Source of the DNA: Actinokineospora alba
Lineage (GTDB): Bacteria; Actinomycetota; Actinomycetes; Mycobacteriales; Pseudonocardiaceae
Direction: 5' to 3'
NCBI RefSeq assembly: GCF_004362515.1
Contig: NZ_SNXU01000001.1
Coordinates: 3,757,633-3,789,632, forward strand
Length of the DNA stretch: 32,000 bases
Made by a program: the position numbers and the translations under genes. The notes below the pieces were generated by a model. That model was not told the origin of the DNA, searched no databases, and worked only from the letters and a program-made list of their open reading frames with translations. Positions 9,181 through 16,778 of the stretch are shown here, piece by piece (within the stretch, counting starts at the first letter, position 1; the number at the start of each line of letters is the position of its first letter).

Positions 9181-10704
9181 GTGAACAGGGACAGCTACGA
9201 CGTCGTCGTTGTCGGCGGTGGGCACAACGCGCTGGTCGCGGCGGCCTACCTGGCCAAAGCCGGGCGCTCGGTGGTGGTGCTGGAACGCCTGGGCCACACC
9301 GGTGGCGCCGCGGTGAGCGCGAGCCCGTTCCCCGGGGTGTGGCTCTCGCGCTACTCGTACCTGGTGAGCCTGCTGCCGGACCGGATCGTGGCGGACTTGG
9401 GTCTGCGGCTGGATCTGCGCTCCCGTGCGGTGTCCTCGTACACCCCGACCGTCCGCGACGGCCGCGCCACCGGCCTGCTGGTCGAGCGCGATCCCGGACG
9501 GGTGACCGCGGCGTCGTTCCGCGCGCTGACCGGCTCGGACGCCGAATTCGGGCGCTGGCAGGAGTTCTACGGCGACCTCGCCCGGGTGGCCCGCGCGCTT
9601 GCGCCGACAATGCTCGACCCGCTCCCATCCGCGGCGGCGGCCCGCGACCTGGTAGTCGGGGCGGCAGGGGAGAAGGTCTGGCGGCAGATTTTCGAACGCC
9701 CGCTGGGGGAGGCGATCGAGGAGACCTTCACCGACGACCTGGTGCGCGGCGTCGTCGCCACCGACGCCCTCATCGGCACGCACACGTCGCTCGGGTCACC
9801 GGACCTGTTGGCCAACCGGTGTTTCCTCTACCACCTGATCGGCAACGCGACGGGGGAGTGGCGGGTTCCGGTCGGCGGCATGGGTGCGGTCACCGGAGAA
9901 CTCCTGCGCGTGGCGCGGGAAGCGGGCGCCGAGATCGTGACCGGCGCTGAGGTGACGAGGGTGGACGCGGACGGCAAGTCAGCCGAAGTCACCGTTGGAG
10001 GCCGTGTGATCGGCGCGGGGTTTGTCCTGTCGGGGGTGGCGCCCGCCGTACTCGACCGGCTGCGGGGACGCCCGGCGGTATCGCCTGTCGGCGCCCAGTT
10101 GAAGATCAACCTGCTGTTGGACCGGCTGCCGCGGCTGCGTTCCGGCGTCGACCCGCGGCAGGCGTTCGCGGGGACGTTCCACCTTGATGAGTCCTATGTG
10201 GAGCTGGAGAGCGCCTACCAACTCAGCCTTTCCGGGAAGGTGCCGGAATTTCCGCCGGGCGAGATGTACTGCCACACGCTCACCGACCCGTCCATCCTGG
10301 CACCGGAACTCGCCGCGAGCGGGGCCCACACGCTGACGTTGTTCGGGCTGCAGTTGCCGCCCGCCCTGTTCGCCGACGACACCATGTGCGGCGAACTGGT
10401 CGATCGCTTCGCGGCGGGGTTGGACCGGCACCTACTCGACCCGATCGCCGACTGCGTGGCCCGTGACGCTGACGGAAATCCCTGCGTCGAGGCGCGAACA
10501 CCGCTCGACCTCGAGGAGGAACTGCGGATGCCGGGCGGAAACATCTTCCACGGGGATTTGTCGTGGCCGTTCGCCGACGAAGGGGGCTGGGGCGTGGAGA
10601 CCGATGTGCCGAACCTGTTCGTGTGCGGCAGCGGTGCTCGGCGTGGTGGCGGGGTGAGCGGGATTGGCGGTCACAACGCGGCGATGGCGGTGCTCGGGGG
10701 TTGA
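9181..10704 (+). CDS. FAD/NAD(P)-dependent oxidoreductase, phytoene desaturase (CrtI)-like family
   Basis: N-terminal Rossmann dinucleotide motif YDVVVVGGGHNALVAAAYLAKAG..VVVLE. Length is 507 aa, with a C-terminal GG.SG.GG flavoprotein motif. GTG start. Confidence 0.8.
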   Translation: MNRDSYDVVVVGGGHNALVAAAYLAKAGRSVVVLERLGHTGGAAVSASPFPGVWLSRYSYLVSLLPDRIVADLGLRLDLRSRAVSSYTPTVRDGRATGLLVERDPGRVTAASFRALTGSDAEFGRWQEFYGDLARVARALAPTMLDPLPSAAAARDLVVGAAGEKVWRQIFERPLGEAIEETFTDDLVRGVVATDALIGTHTSLGSPDLLANRCFLYHLIGNATGEWRVPVGGMGAVTGELLRVAREAGAEIVTGAEVTRVDADGKSAEVTVGGRVIGAGFVLSGVAPAVLDRLRGRPAVSPVGAQLKINLLLDRLPRLRSGVDPRQAFAGTFHLDESYVELESAYQLSLSGKVPEFPPGEMYCHTLTDPSILAPELAASGAHTLTLFGLQLPPALFADDTMCGELVDRFAAGLDRHLLDPIADCVARDADGNPCVEARTPLDLEEELRMPGGNIFHGDLSWPFADEGGWGVETDVPNLFVCGSGARRGGGVSGIGGHNAAMAVLGG

Positions 10705-10707
10705 ACT

Positions 10708-10770
10708 GGTTCGCGGGTTTTCGTTAGTGGGTGCCGCGCTCGGATGGTTCGCGGGTTTCGTTGGTGGGTG
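10708..10770. repeat. Short direct repeats (period ~37 bp) flanking palindromic element copy B
   Basis: tggttcgcgggttttcgttagtgggtgcc at 10708-10735 is repeated as tggttcgcgggtttcgttggtgggtgcc at 10745-10772. The flank is homologous to the reverse complement of the sequence right of copy A (about 4618-4650). Confidence 0.55.
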
Positions 10771-10908
10771 CCTGTTTGGGTGGTTCGCCTTGATTCGGGG
10801 ACCCCTCGAAATGGGGCTGTGCGGGTCAAAAGGCGGGGCAAAGGAACCCCACCCGCACCACGAGTTTAGCCCCATTTCCCCCGAATCAAGGCGAACCACC
10901 CAAACAGG
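10771..10908. repeat. Nested-palindromic intergenic repeat, copy B (inverted relative to copy A)
   Basis: Arms are 10771-10800 cctgtttgggtggttcgccttgattcgggg and 10879-10908 ccccgaatcaaggcgaaccacccaaacagg. Inner stems are gaaatggggct/agccccatttc and gtgcgggt/acccgcac. The whole element aligns with the reverse complement of copy A. Confidence 0.85.
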
Positions 10909-11101
10909 CCGTTCCGTTAGCCCCCTTGCGTTCGGGGTCCTAGGGCCCTTGGGGCCCTGGGCCCTGGGGGATCAATCGAGAGGCTGTCGGAAAAGGCTTG
11001 TTGGGATCGACCGTTGCGCAATTCGGTGGTATTCCGGGCGGTGTGTCGGCGGCCGGTCCGCGCGTTGGCGGTCGTGGCGCGGTGATGGCAGTGTTTGTCC
11101 G

Positions 11102-11368
11102 ATGAGTAAAGCGACGGTCGTGGCGCTGGCCTACCTGGCCCTGGTCGCCCTGGTGTGTGTGGTCACGGTCGTGGTCGCCGCGGCAGGCGACTCCGAGTCG
11201 ATGGTCGGCGTGTGGTGCGTCTTCGTCACGATGCCGGTGTCCCTGCTGGTGGTCCAGGCCGCGGGCGCGATCGGCTACTGGCCGGTGGTGGTCATCTCCG
11301 CGTTCGTGCAGGCGGCCGTGATCTGGTTCGTCGTGCGGGCGCTCACAAAGAGGTCCGTCGCGTCCTGA
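11102..11368 (+). CDS. Small hydrophobic membrane protein (88 aa, about 3 TM segments), function unknown
   Basis: This is the 3' part of ORF 10664..11368. From ATG 11102 the translation reads MSKATVVALAYLALVALVCVVTVVVAAAG...VVISAFVQAAVIWFVVRAL and is strongly hydrophobic. The upstream part of the track ORF runs through the repeat and is not credible. No clear SD. Confidence 0.45.
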   Translation: MSKATVVALAYLALVALVCVVTVVVAAAGDSESMVGVWCVFVTMPVSLLVVQAAGAIGYWPVVVISAFVQAAVIWFVVRALTKRSVAS

Positions 11369-11497
11369 TCTCGATCACTCTTCACCGGGGTCTCCTGGGT
11401 TGCGGTGTGATCTGCGGCGCACTGGAAGCGGGCATTTTCGGGGCTGTGCCGTGGTTGACTCCAACGTCCCAAGACCACGGGGAGAGGAACCCTAACG

Positions 11498-11746
11498 ATG
11501 TCGGCACCCAGCACGCTCACCATGTACTCGACGACCTGGTGCGGGTACTGCCGCAGGCTCAAGACGCTGCTCTCCGCCGACGGCATCGAGTACGTCGAGG
11601 TCGACATCGAGGAGACCCCCGGCGCAGCCGACTTCGTGATGCAGGTCAACGGGGGCAACCAGACCGTCCCCACCCTGCACTTCCCGAACGGTGCCGCGCT
11701 GACCAACCCGAGCCTCGCCGAGGTCAAGGCGCAGCTGGCGGCGTAG
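11498..11746 (+). CDS. Mycoredoxin (glutaredoxin-like, CGYC active site)
   Basis: TMYSTTWCGYCRRLKTLL...EVDIE....A.FV..VNGGNQTVPTL.F..G..LTNPS..EVKA.L is closely similar to mycobacterial mycoredoxin-1. GGAGAGG lies upstream of the ATG. Confidence 0.9.
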   Translation: MSAPSTLTMYSTTWCGYCRRLKTLLSADGIEYVEVDIEETPGAADFVMQVNGGNQTVPTLHFPNGAALTNPSLAEVKAQLAA

Positions 11747-14030
11747 TTCCCTCCAGTCGGATGACGATGGACTTCGACGTCGGCGTGTTGGACGTGTCGG
11801 CGGTGGAGTCCAGTGGCACCAGCGAGTTCGCCTCCGGGAAGTACGCCGCGGCGCATCCGCGGGCCGTGGGGTAGGACACCACCCGGAACCGCTCGGCCCG
11901 CCGTTCGCGGTCGGGCCACTCGCCGATCAGGTCGACCAGCTGACCGTCCTCGAATCCGAGGGCGGTCAGGTCGTCCGGGTTCACCAGGACCACGCGCCGG
12001 GCGTCCTTGATGCCGCGGTAGCGGTCGTCGAGGCCGTAGATCGTGGTGTTGTACTGGTCATGGCTGCGCAGCGTCTGCAGCAGCAGCCTGCCTTCGGGCA
12101 CGAACGGCACGGTCAGCTCGTTCGCGGTGAACGCCGCCTTCCCGCTCCTCGTGCCGGTGAACTCGCGGGCGTCGCGCGGCGCGTGGGGCAGGACGAAGCC
12201 ATCGGGCTCCCGCACCCGCTCGTTGTAGGACTCGCAACCGGGCACGACCCGGGAGATCCTTTCGCGGATCAGGTCGTAGTCGCGCGGGAAGTCCGTCCAC
12301 GGCACCGGATGCCCAGGCCCGAGTAGTGCGTCGGCGATACCGCACACGATGTCCACTTCGGACCGGAGGTGCTCGCTCGCCGGGTCCAAGCGACCCTCGG
12401 ACCGGTGCACGACCGACATCGAGTCCTCGACCGTGACGAACTGGTCGCCGGACTCCTGGGTGTCGCGTTCCGTGCGCCCCCGCGTCGGCAGGATCAGAGC
12501 GGTCCGCCCATGCACGACGTGCGAGCGGTTCAGCTTGGTCGACACCTGCACGGTCAGGTCACACGACCGCAGGGCGGCTTCGGTGACCTCGGTGTCCGGT
12601 GTGGCGGCGGCGAAGTTGCCGCCGACAGCCACGAAGACCTTCGCGTTCCCGTCGCGCATCGCGCGTATCGCGGAGACGGTGTCGTGGCCGTGCGTGCGCG
12701 GGACTTCGATGCCGAACTCGGTTTCCAGCGCCGACAGGAACTTCTCCGGCATCTTCTCCCAGATGCCCATCGTCCGGTCGCCCTGCACATTCGAATGCCC
12801 GCGCACCGGGCACAGTCCCGCACCCGGTTTGCCGATCATTCCCCGCAGCAGCACCACGTTCGCGATCTCGCGGATCGTCGGCACCGAGTGCTTGTGCTGG
12901 GTCAGGCCCATCGCCCAGCAGACGATCGTGCGCTTCGAGTCGGCCATCATCCGGGCGACCTTCTCGATCTGCTCCCGCGCCATCCCGGTCGCGGCGACGA
13001 CGACGTCCCAGTCGAGCTCGCGGACGCTCTCGGCGTACTCGGCGAACCCGATCGTGCGGTTGTCGACGAAGTCCTGGTCCACGACCGTGCCCGGGTTCGC
13101 AGCCTCCCAGGCGAGCAGCAGGTTCCCGATGGCCTGGAACAGTGCCTGGTCTCCGCCGATGCGGATCTGGCAGAACTCGTCGGCCAGCTCGGTGCCCTTC
13201 CCCAGCACCCCGCGCACGTTCTGCGGGTTCTTGAACCGCATCAAACCGGCCTCGGGCAGCGGATTCACCGCGATGATCTGGGCGCCCGCCCGCTTGGCCT
13301 TCTCCAGGGCGGTCAGCATCCGGGGATGGTTCGTGCCCGGGTTCTGACCGACGACGATGATCAGGTCGGCCAGCTCGAAGTCGGCCAGCGACACCGAGCC
13401 CTTGCCGACGCCGGTGGTCTCCGACAGCGCCGCGCCGGAGGACTCGTGGCACATGTTCGAGCAGTCCGGCAGGTTGTTCGTGCCGAACGAGCGCACCAGC
13501 AGTTGGTAGAGGAACGCGGCCTCGTTGCTGGTCCGGCCGGAGGTGTAGAACACCGCCTCGTCGGGCGTGGACAGCGCGCGCAGGCGTTCGGCGACCAGGG
13601 TGAACGCGTCGTCCCAGGAGATCGGCTCGTAGTGCGTCCCGCCCTCGCGCAACACCATCGGGTGAGTCAGTCGGCCTTGCCCGCCGAGCCAGTAGTCGGT
13701 GCGCTCGGCCAGGTCCGCCACCGCGTGCTCGGCGAAGAACTCCGGCCCGACCCGCCGCTTCGTGGCCTCCTCGGCGACCGCCTTCGCGCCGTTCTCGCAG
13801 AATTCGGCGGCATGCCGGTGCCCGGGTTCCGGCCAGGCGCAGCCCGGGCAGTCGAACCCGTCGCGCTGGTTGAGCAGGCGCAACGTCTTGGCCGTGCGCA
13901 CCACACCCATCTGCTCGACACTGCGCTTCAGCGAGACCGCGACACCGGGGATCCCGGCGGCCCACTGCTTCGGGGTGGTCACGGACAGGTCGGACTCGTC
14001 GACGTCTTTGTCGGGGGACTGGCGCACCAT
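11724..14030 (-). CDS. FdhF/YdeP-family molybdopterin oxidoreductase
   Basis: The N-terminal region has the YdeP-type Cys cluster FDCPGCAWPEP..H..EFCENGAK. MGLTQH and later motifs are typical of the molybdopterin dinucleotide-binding family. Start chosen at ATG 14030 (MVRQSPDK), 7 nt after GAGGA. The track start 14081 and ATG 14066 are alternatives. The 3' end overlaps the mycoredoxin gene by 23 nt, convergently. Confidence 0.88.
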   Translation of the reverse strand: MVRQSPDKDVDESDLSVTTPKQWAAGIPGVAVSLKRSVEQMGVVRTAKTLRLLNQRDGFDCPGCAWPEPGHRHAAEFCENGAKAVAEEATKRRVGPEFFAEHAVADLAERTDYWLGGQGRLTHPMVLREGGTHYEPISWDDAFTLVAERLRALSTPDEAVFYTSGRTSNEAAFLYQLLVRSFGTNNLPDCSNMCHESSGAALSETTGVGKGSVSLADFELADLIIVVGQNPGTNHPRMLTALEKAKRAGAQIIAVNPLPEAGLMRFKNPQNVRGVLGKGTELADEFCQIRIGGDQALFQAIGNLLLAWEAANPGTVVDQDFVDNRTIGFAEYAESVRELDWDVVVAATGMAREQIEKVARMMADSKRTIVCWAMGLTQHKHSVPTIREIANVVLLRGMIGKPGAGLCPVRGHSNVQGDRTMGIWEKMPEKFLSALETEFGIEVPRTHGHDTVSAIRAMRDGNAKVFVAVGGNFAAATPDTEVTEAALRSCDLTVQVSTKLNRSHVVHGRTALILPTRGRTERDTQESGDQFVTVEDSMSVVHRSEGRLDPASEHLRSEVDIVCGIADALLGPGHPVPWTDFPRDYDLIRERISRVVPGCESYNERVREPDGFVLPHAPRDAREFTGTRSGKAAFTANELTVPFVPEGRLLLQTLRSHDQYNTTIYGLDDRYRGIKDARRVVLVNPDDLTALGFEDGQLVDLIGEWPDRERRAERFRVVSYPTARGCAAAYFPEANSLVPLDSTADTSNTPTSKSIVIRLEGTTPPAAP

Positions 14031-14102
14031 GCGCCCATCCTCTGCCCCGCGGGGTAGGGATGCCATACGGTCGGAGCGCAAGTCACGCGAGGAGGCGAAC
14101 GG

Positions 14103-14279
14103 ATGCCCACAGCCGACGACCTGGCCACCGCCCTGAGCCGCGCCCGGGAGGCGTTCGAGGCGACCACCCGTGGCGGTGGCGCCGCCTGCGGGTCCGCTGC
14201 CGACGCCTACGCCGGGTTGCGGTCGGCGCTGCTCGCCGAACTCGACGTCTGCCTCGCGGTCCTGGACGGCGACGAATGA
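14103..14279 (+). CDS. 58-aa helix-turn-helix-hairpin protein (mini WXG100-like?), not in the supplied ORF track
   Basis: ATG 14103 lies 7 nt after a strong SD, GAGGAGG (14089-14095). Translation: MPTADDLATALSRAREAFEATTRGGGAACGSAADAYAGLRSALLAELDVCLAVLDGDE. Third codon positions are almost all G/C. The stop TGA 14277-14279 overlaps the next ATG (ATGA). The R-rich N-terminus of track ORF 14060..15661 is the out-of-frame reading of this gene. Confidence 0.6.
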   Translation: MPTADDLATALSRAREAFEATTRGGGAACGSAADAYAGLRSALLAELDVCLAVLDGDE

Positions 14280-15661
14280 GCGGGCCGGTGCAGCTCACGT
14301 CGCTGGTACGCAACCTCAACGACCTCGGCGCGATGCTCAACCCCGTCAAGCTCGTGACGGTCGTGGCGAGCGTGGTCAACGAGATCAAGGAACCCCCGCC
14401 CGGCGACCCGGACGCCCTGGACGTCCTGGCAGCCGCTTACCGGGTCGCAGGCGCCACACTGACCCCGCTGGGGCCCCAGGTGGCCGCGCTGGGCGCTGAG
14501 CCGCTCCCCGCGACCGGCCGTGTCCTCGACCGGGTGGCCGCGACCATGACCGCCACCGGCGACACCCTCGCCGAGCTCGCCACGTCCGTCCGTGAACACC
14601 AGCGCAGGCACGCCGAGCTCCACCAGGCCCTCGCCGCCGCCGCGCACGACGCCACCCACGTCGGCTCCGTGCCGATGCCGGACCCGGTCGGGATCGCCAA
14701 GCTCGTCGGCGTCGTCGGCGACCTGATCAGCGGGTGCGTGGCCGTCTACACCGACGCCCTGACCGCCGCCGACCGCGCCGCGGGCAGGCTCACCGACCTG
14801 CGCGGCGCCGCCCGAGCCGCCGCGGCGGTCGACGGCGGGCTGTCCCCGAAGGACGCGGTCGCGCTCGCCGACATCGGGCTTGAGTCCGCCCGCTACGACC
14901 CCGGCCTGTTCGGGCTGACCCAGCTCGCCCGGCTGGGCGCGGCGAAGTCGGCGGAGGTGGCGGAGCTGCTGGCCTCCGCGTCCTCCGACGCGGAGCGCGC
15001 GTGGCTGTTCAAGGCGGTCGGCGCGGGCCATGGCGTCGAGGTCCTGCGCGGGTTCGCTGAGGCCATCCGCGGCCGGGACGAGACCTGGCTGCGGTCGCAC
15101 CTGTCGCTGGTCGACCGGGGCGACGAGGCCGCGCAGAGCCGGATGGGCGTCGCCGTGCGCCAGTACGAGGCCACGACCTGCGGCACCACGGTCCTCATCG
15201 TCGCCCGCGCGGAACACGACCCGGTCTACGCCCTGACCCTCACCCGCGACGACTTCCAACCGGCTTTCGCCGCCGAGCGCGCGGTGGTCCACAACGAGAC
15301 CAACGTCGTCTACCCGCAGGCCGTGGGCACCTCACCCAAGGGCGTCGCCGCCTACCTGACCCGACACCTCGGCACCCGGTACGACTGGCGGCTGGTCGAC
15401 GACACCGACCGCCGCGAGATCTCCCGCACCCTGCGTGAGGTGATGGCCGCGGTCGACCAAGGGCACCCGGTGCCGCTGCTGGTCGGCGGGATCGTCCCGC
15501 GCCACTACGTCCTGGTCGTCGGGCACGAGCGCGGTGTCCTGCTGGTCTTCGAGCCCACCGCGGGCCGCACCGTCGCGGTCCCGGAACAGGCGTTCCTCGA
15601 CGGCGACCTCAAATCCGCCCTCGGCTTCGACCACGTCCAGTCCGCGATCCTGCCGAGCTAG
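14276..15661 (+). CDS. 461-aa protein: N-terminal T7SS-substrate-like helical domain fused to C-terminal peptidase C39-like (Cys/His) domain
   Basis: Start at ATG 14276 (M73 of ORF 14060..15661). The N-terminal GDPDALDVLAAAYRVAGATL parallels GDADQIAAYAQTWANVAKE of the RHS toxin N-domain in this window. In the C-terminus, QYEATTCGTT has Gln six residues before Cys-Gly, as in C39 peptidases. PRHYVLVVGHERGVLLVFEPTAG follows the HYVV...DP.G pattern, with Glu in place of Asp. Confidence 0.7.
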   Translation: MSGPVQLTSLVRNLNDLGAMLNPVKLVTVVASVVNEIKEPPPGDPDALDVLAAAYRVAGATLTPLGPQVAALGAEPLPATGRVLDRVAATMTATGDTLAELATSVREHQRRHAELHQALAAAAHDATHVGSVPMPDPVGIAKLVGVVGDLISGCVAVYTDALTAADRAAGRLTDLRGAARAAAAVDGGLSPKDAVALADIGLESARYDPGLFGLTQLARLGAAKSAEVAELLASASSDAERAWLFKAVGAGHGVEVLRGFAEAIRGRDETWLRSHLSLVDRGDEAAQSRMGVAVRQYEATTCGTTVLIVARAEHDPVYALTLTRDDFQPAFAAERAVVHNETNVVYPQAVGTSPKGVAAYLTRHLGTRYDWRLVDDTDRREISRTLREVMAAVDQGHPVPLLVGGIVPRHYVLVVGHERGVLLVFEPTAGRTVAVPEQAFLDGDLKSALGFDHVQSAILPS

Positions 15662-16692
15662 CTCGGGCAGCCGCTCTCAGCGGGCAGCGGAGCGGTGGGG
15701 TCGAAGTACGTGTCGCGGTCGCGGCGGGGCACCCGGTGGATCTTGTCGCCGTCGCGGAACGCCGGGGCGAGGAAGCCCTTCTTGTACTCCACGCACGAGA
15801 TCGAATAGCCGTAGCCGCCGACGCCGCCGTACCAGAGGCCCTGGCTGCCCGCGGTCCACCGGCCACCGGAGCGCAGCACATAGTCGACCTCGGCGCGGAC
15901 CACGACGACGCTGTCCATCGGGTCGTTGGTCTTGGGGCCCTCGAAGGCGTAGGCGAACACGTAGTTGGTGTGCACCACCAGCTCACCCGGCCCACCGGCC
16001 TCGGTCCACATCCGGCCGTTGACCTTCGGCTCGACCGGCAGCAACGGGCTGCCCTTCGACACCAGGCTCACCAACGCCTGGGCCTGTGGCTCGTTGCCGG
16101 TGCCGAAAAGCGGCGCCAACTGCTTGCGCGCGTCCGGCGCGAGCAGCGCCAGGTACCGGGACGGGTCGTGCTGGACGAGCAACTGGGGGTCGAGCCTGCT
16201 CGCCACGAGGGCGTCGCGAACCAGTGCGGTGGCCGACGCGACCTGCTCCTTGGTGAACTCGCCGATCTGCATCGGCGGCGGCACGACGATCCCCGCGGCC
16301 CCGTCGACCCAACCCGAGGCGGGGGTGTGGTCGAACGGCCGGTTGGAGTCGTTGGTGAGGCGGTCGGAGATGACCGGCGGGGCCGCGGTCCCCGGCTCCT
16401 CGGTCTTGGCGAGCACCTTGTCGAACATGCCGACGCGGACCATCAGCATGAGCACGGCGACGATCGCCACGAGCACCATCGAGGTGACGAGCCAGCGCTC
16501 CACCTTGCGGCGGCGGGTGGCCCGCACCATCGCACGCACGTCGGCCCGCGCCGACGCCCGCACACGGTCGCGCCACTCGGCGTCTCGCAACGCCGCGTGA
16601 TCGCCGAACTCACGTTGGTCCACCGGCCCCCCAAGGGCGCTCCAGAACCGTTCCCGGCCTGGTTCGACTGACGACTTCCTCGTGCTCACCAC
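15658..16692 (-). CDS. Single-pass membrane-anchored protein with extracytoplasmic domain, unknown family (paralog 1)
   Basis: A basic cytoplasmic tail is followed by the TM segment WLVTSMVLVAIVAVLMLMV and then a ~260-aa domain. It shares motifs with the adjacent gene: DGAAGIVVPP, LLPV.PKV.GRMW.E.GG.G.L.V.T, and C-terminal C...FDP....S.CP. The GTG start is uncertain (no SD). Confidence 0.6.
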   Translation of the reverse strand: MVSTRKSSVEPGRERFWSALGGPVDQREFGDHAALRDAEWRDRVRASARADVRAMVRATRRRKVERWLVTSMVLVAIVAVLMLMVRVGMFDKVLAKTEEPGTAAPPVISDRLTNDSNRPFDHTPASGWVDGAAGIVVPPPMQIGEFTKEQVASATALVRDALVASRLDPQLLVQHDPSRYLALLAPDARKQLAPLFGTGNEPQAQALVSLVSKGSPLLPVEPKVNGRMWTEAGGPGELVVHTNYVFAYAFEGPKTNDPMDSVVVVRAEVDYVLRSGGRWTAGSQGLWYGGVGGYGYSISCVEYKKGFLAPAFRDGDKIHRVPRRDRDTYFDPTAPLPAESGCPS

Positions 16693-16778
16693 ATCGATGT
16701 GTCAACGGGTGGTGTTAGCAACGCGCCCACCAGCGGATCGTGCGTTGCGGTGAACGGTGGTCGAAGCCAGACCAGCGG

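Noticed and set aside
4479-10908. A possible CRISPR array or MITE, suggested by the repeated 30-mers cctgtttgggtggttcgccttgatt.gggg.
   Set aside because: The 30-mers are inverted arms of two hairpin elements 6 kb apart, not regularly spaced direct repeats. No cas genes are present. No target-site duplication or transposase is visible, and homology extends into the flanks, so a classical MITE call is not supported.
10925-10975. A GGGCCC-rich tract (tagggcccttggggccctgggccctggggg) after repeat copy B.
   Set aside because: It is a short low-complexity G/C run that is probably part of the degenerate repeat flank. It has no coding or structural interpretation beyond that.
14103-14279. The idea that the 58-aa peptide is a double-glycine leader bacteriocin or RiPP precursor (TTRGG|GAACGS) processed by the adjacent C39-like domain.
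   Set aside because: The residues upstream of GG do not fit the hydrophobic -4/-7/-12/-15 pattern of double-glycine leaders. The putative core would be acidic and helical. No ABC exporter or modification enzymes are adjacent. I kept it only as a remote possibility.
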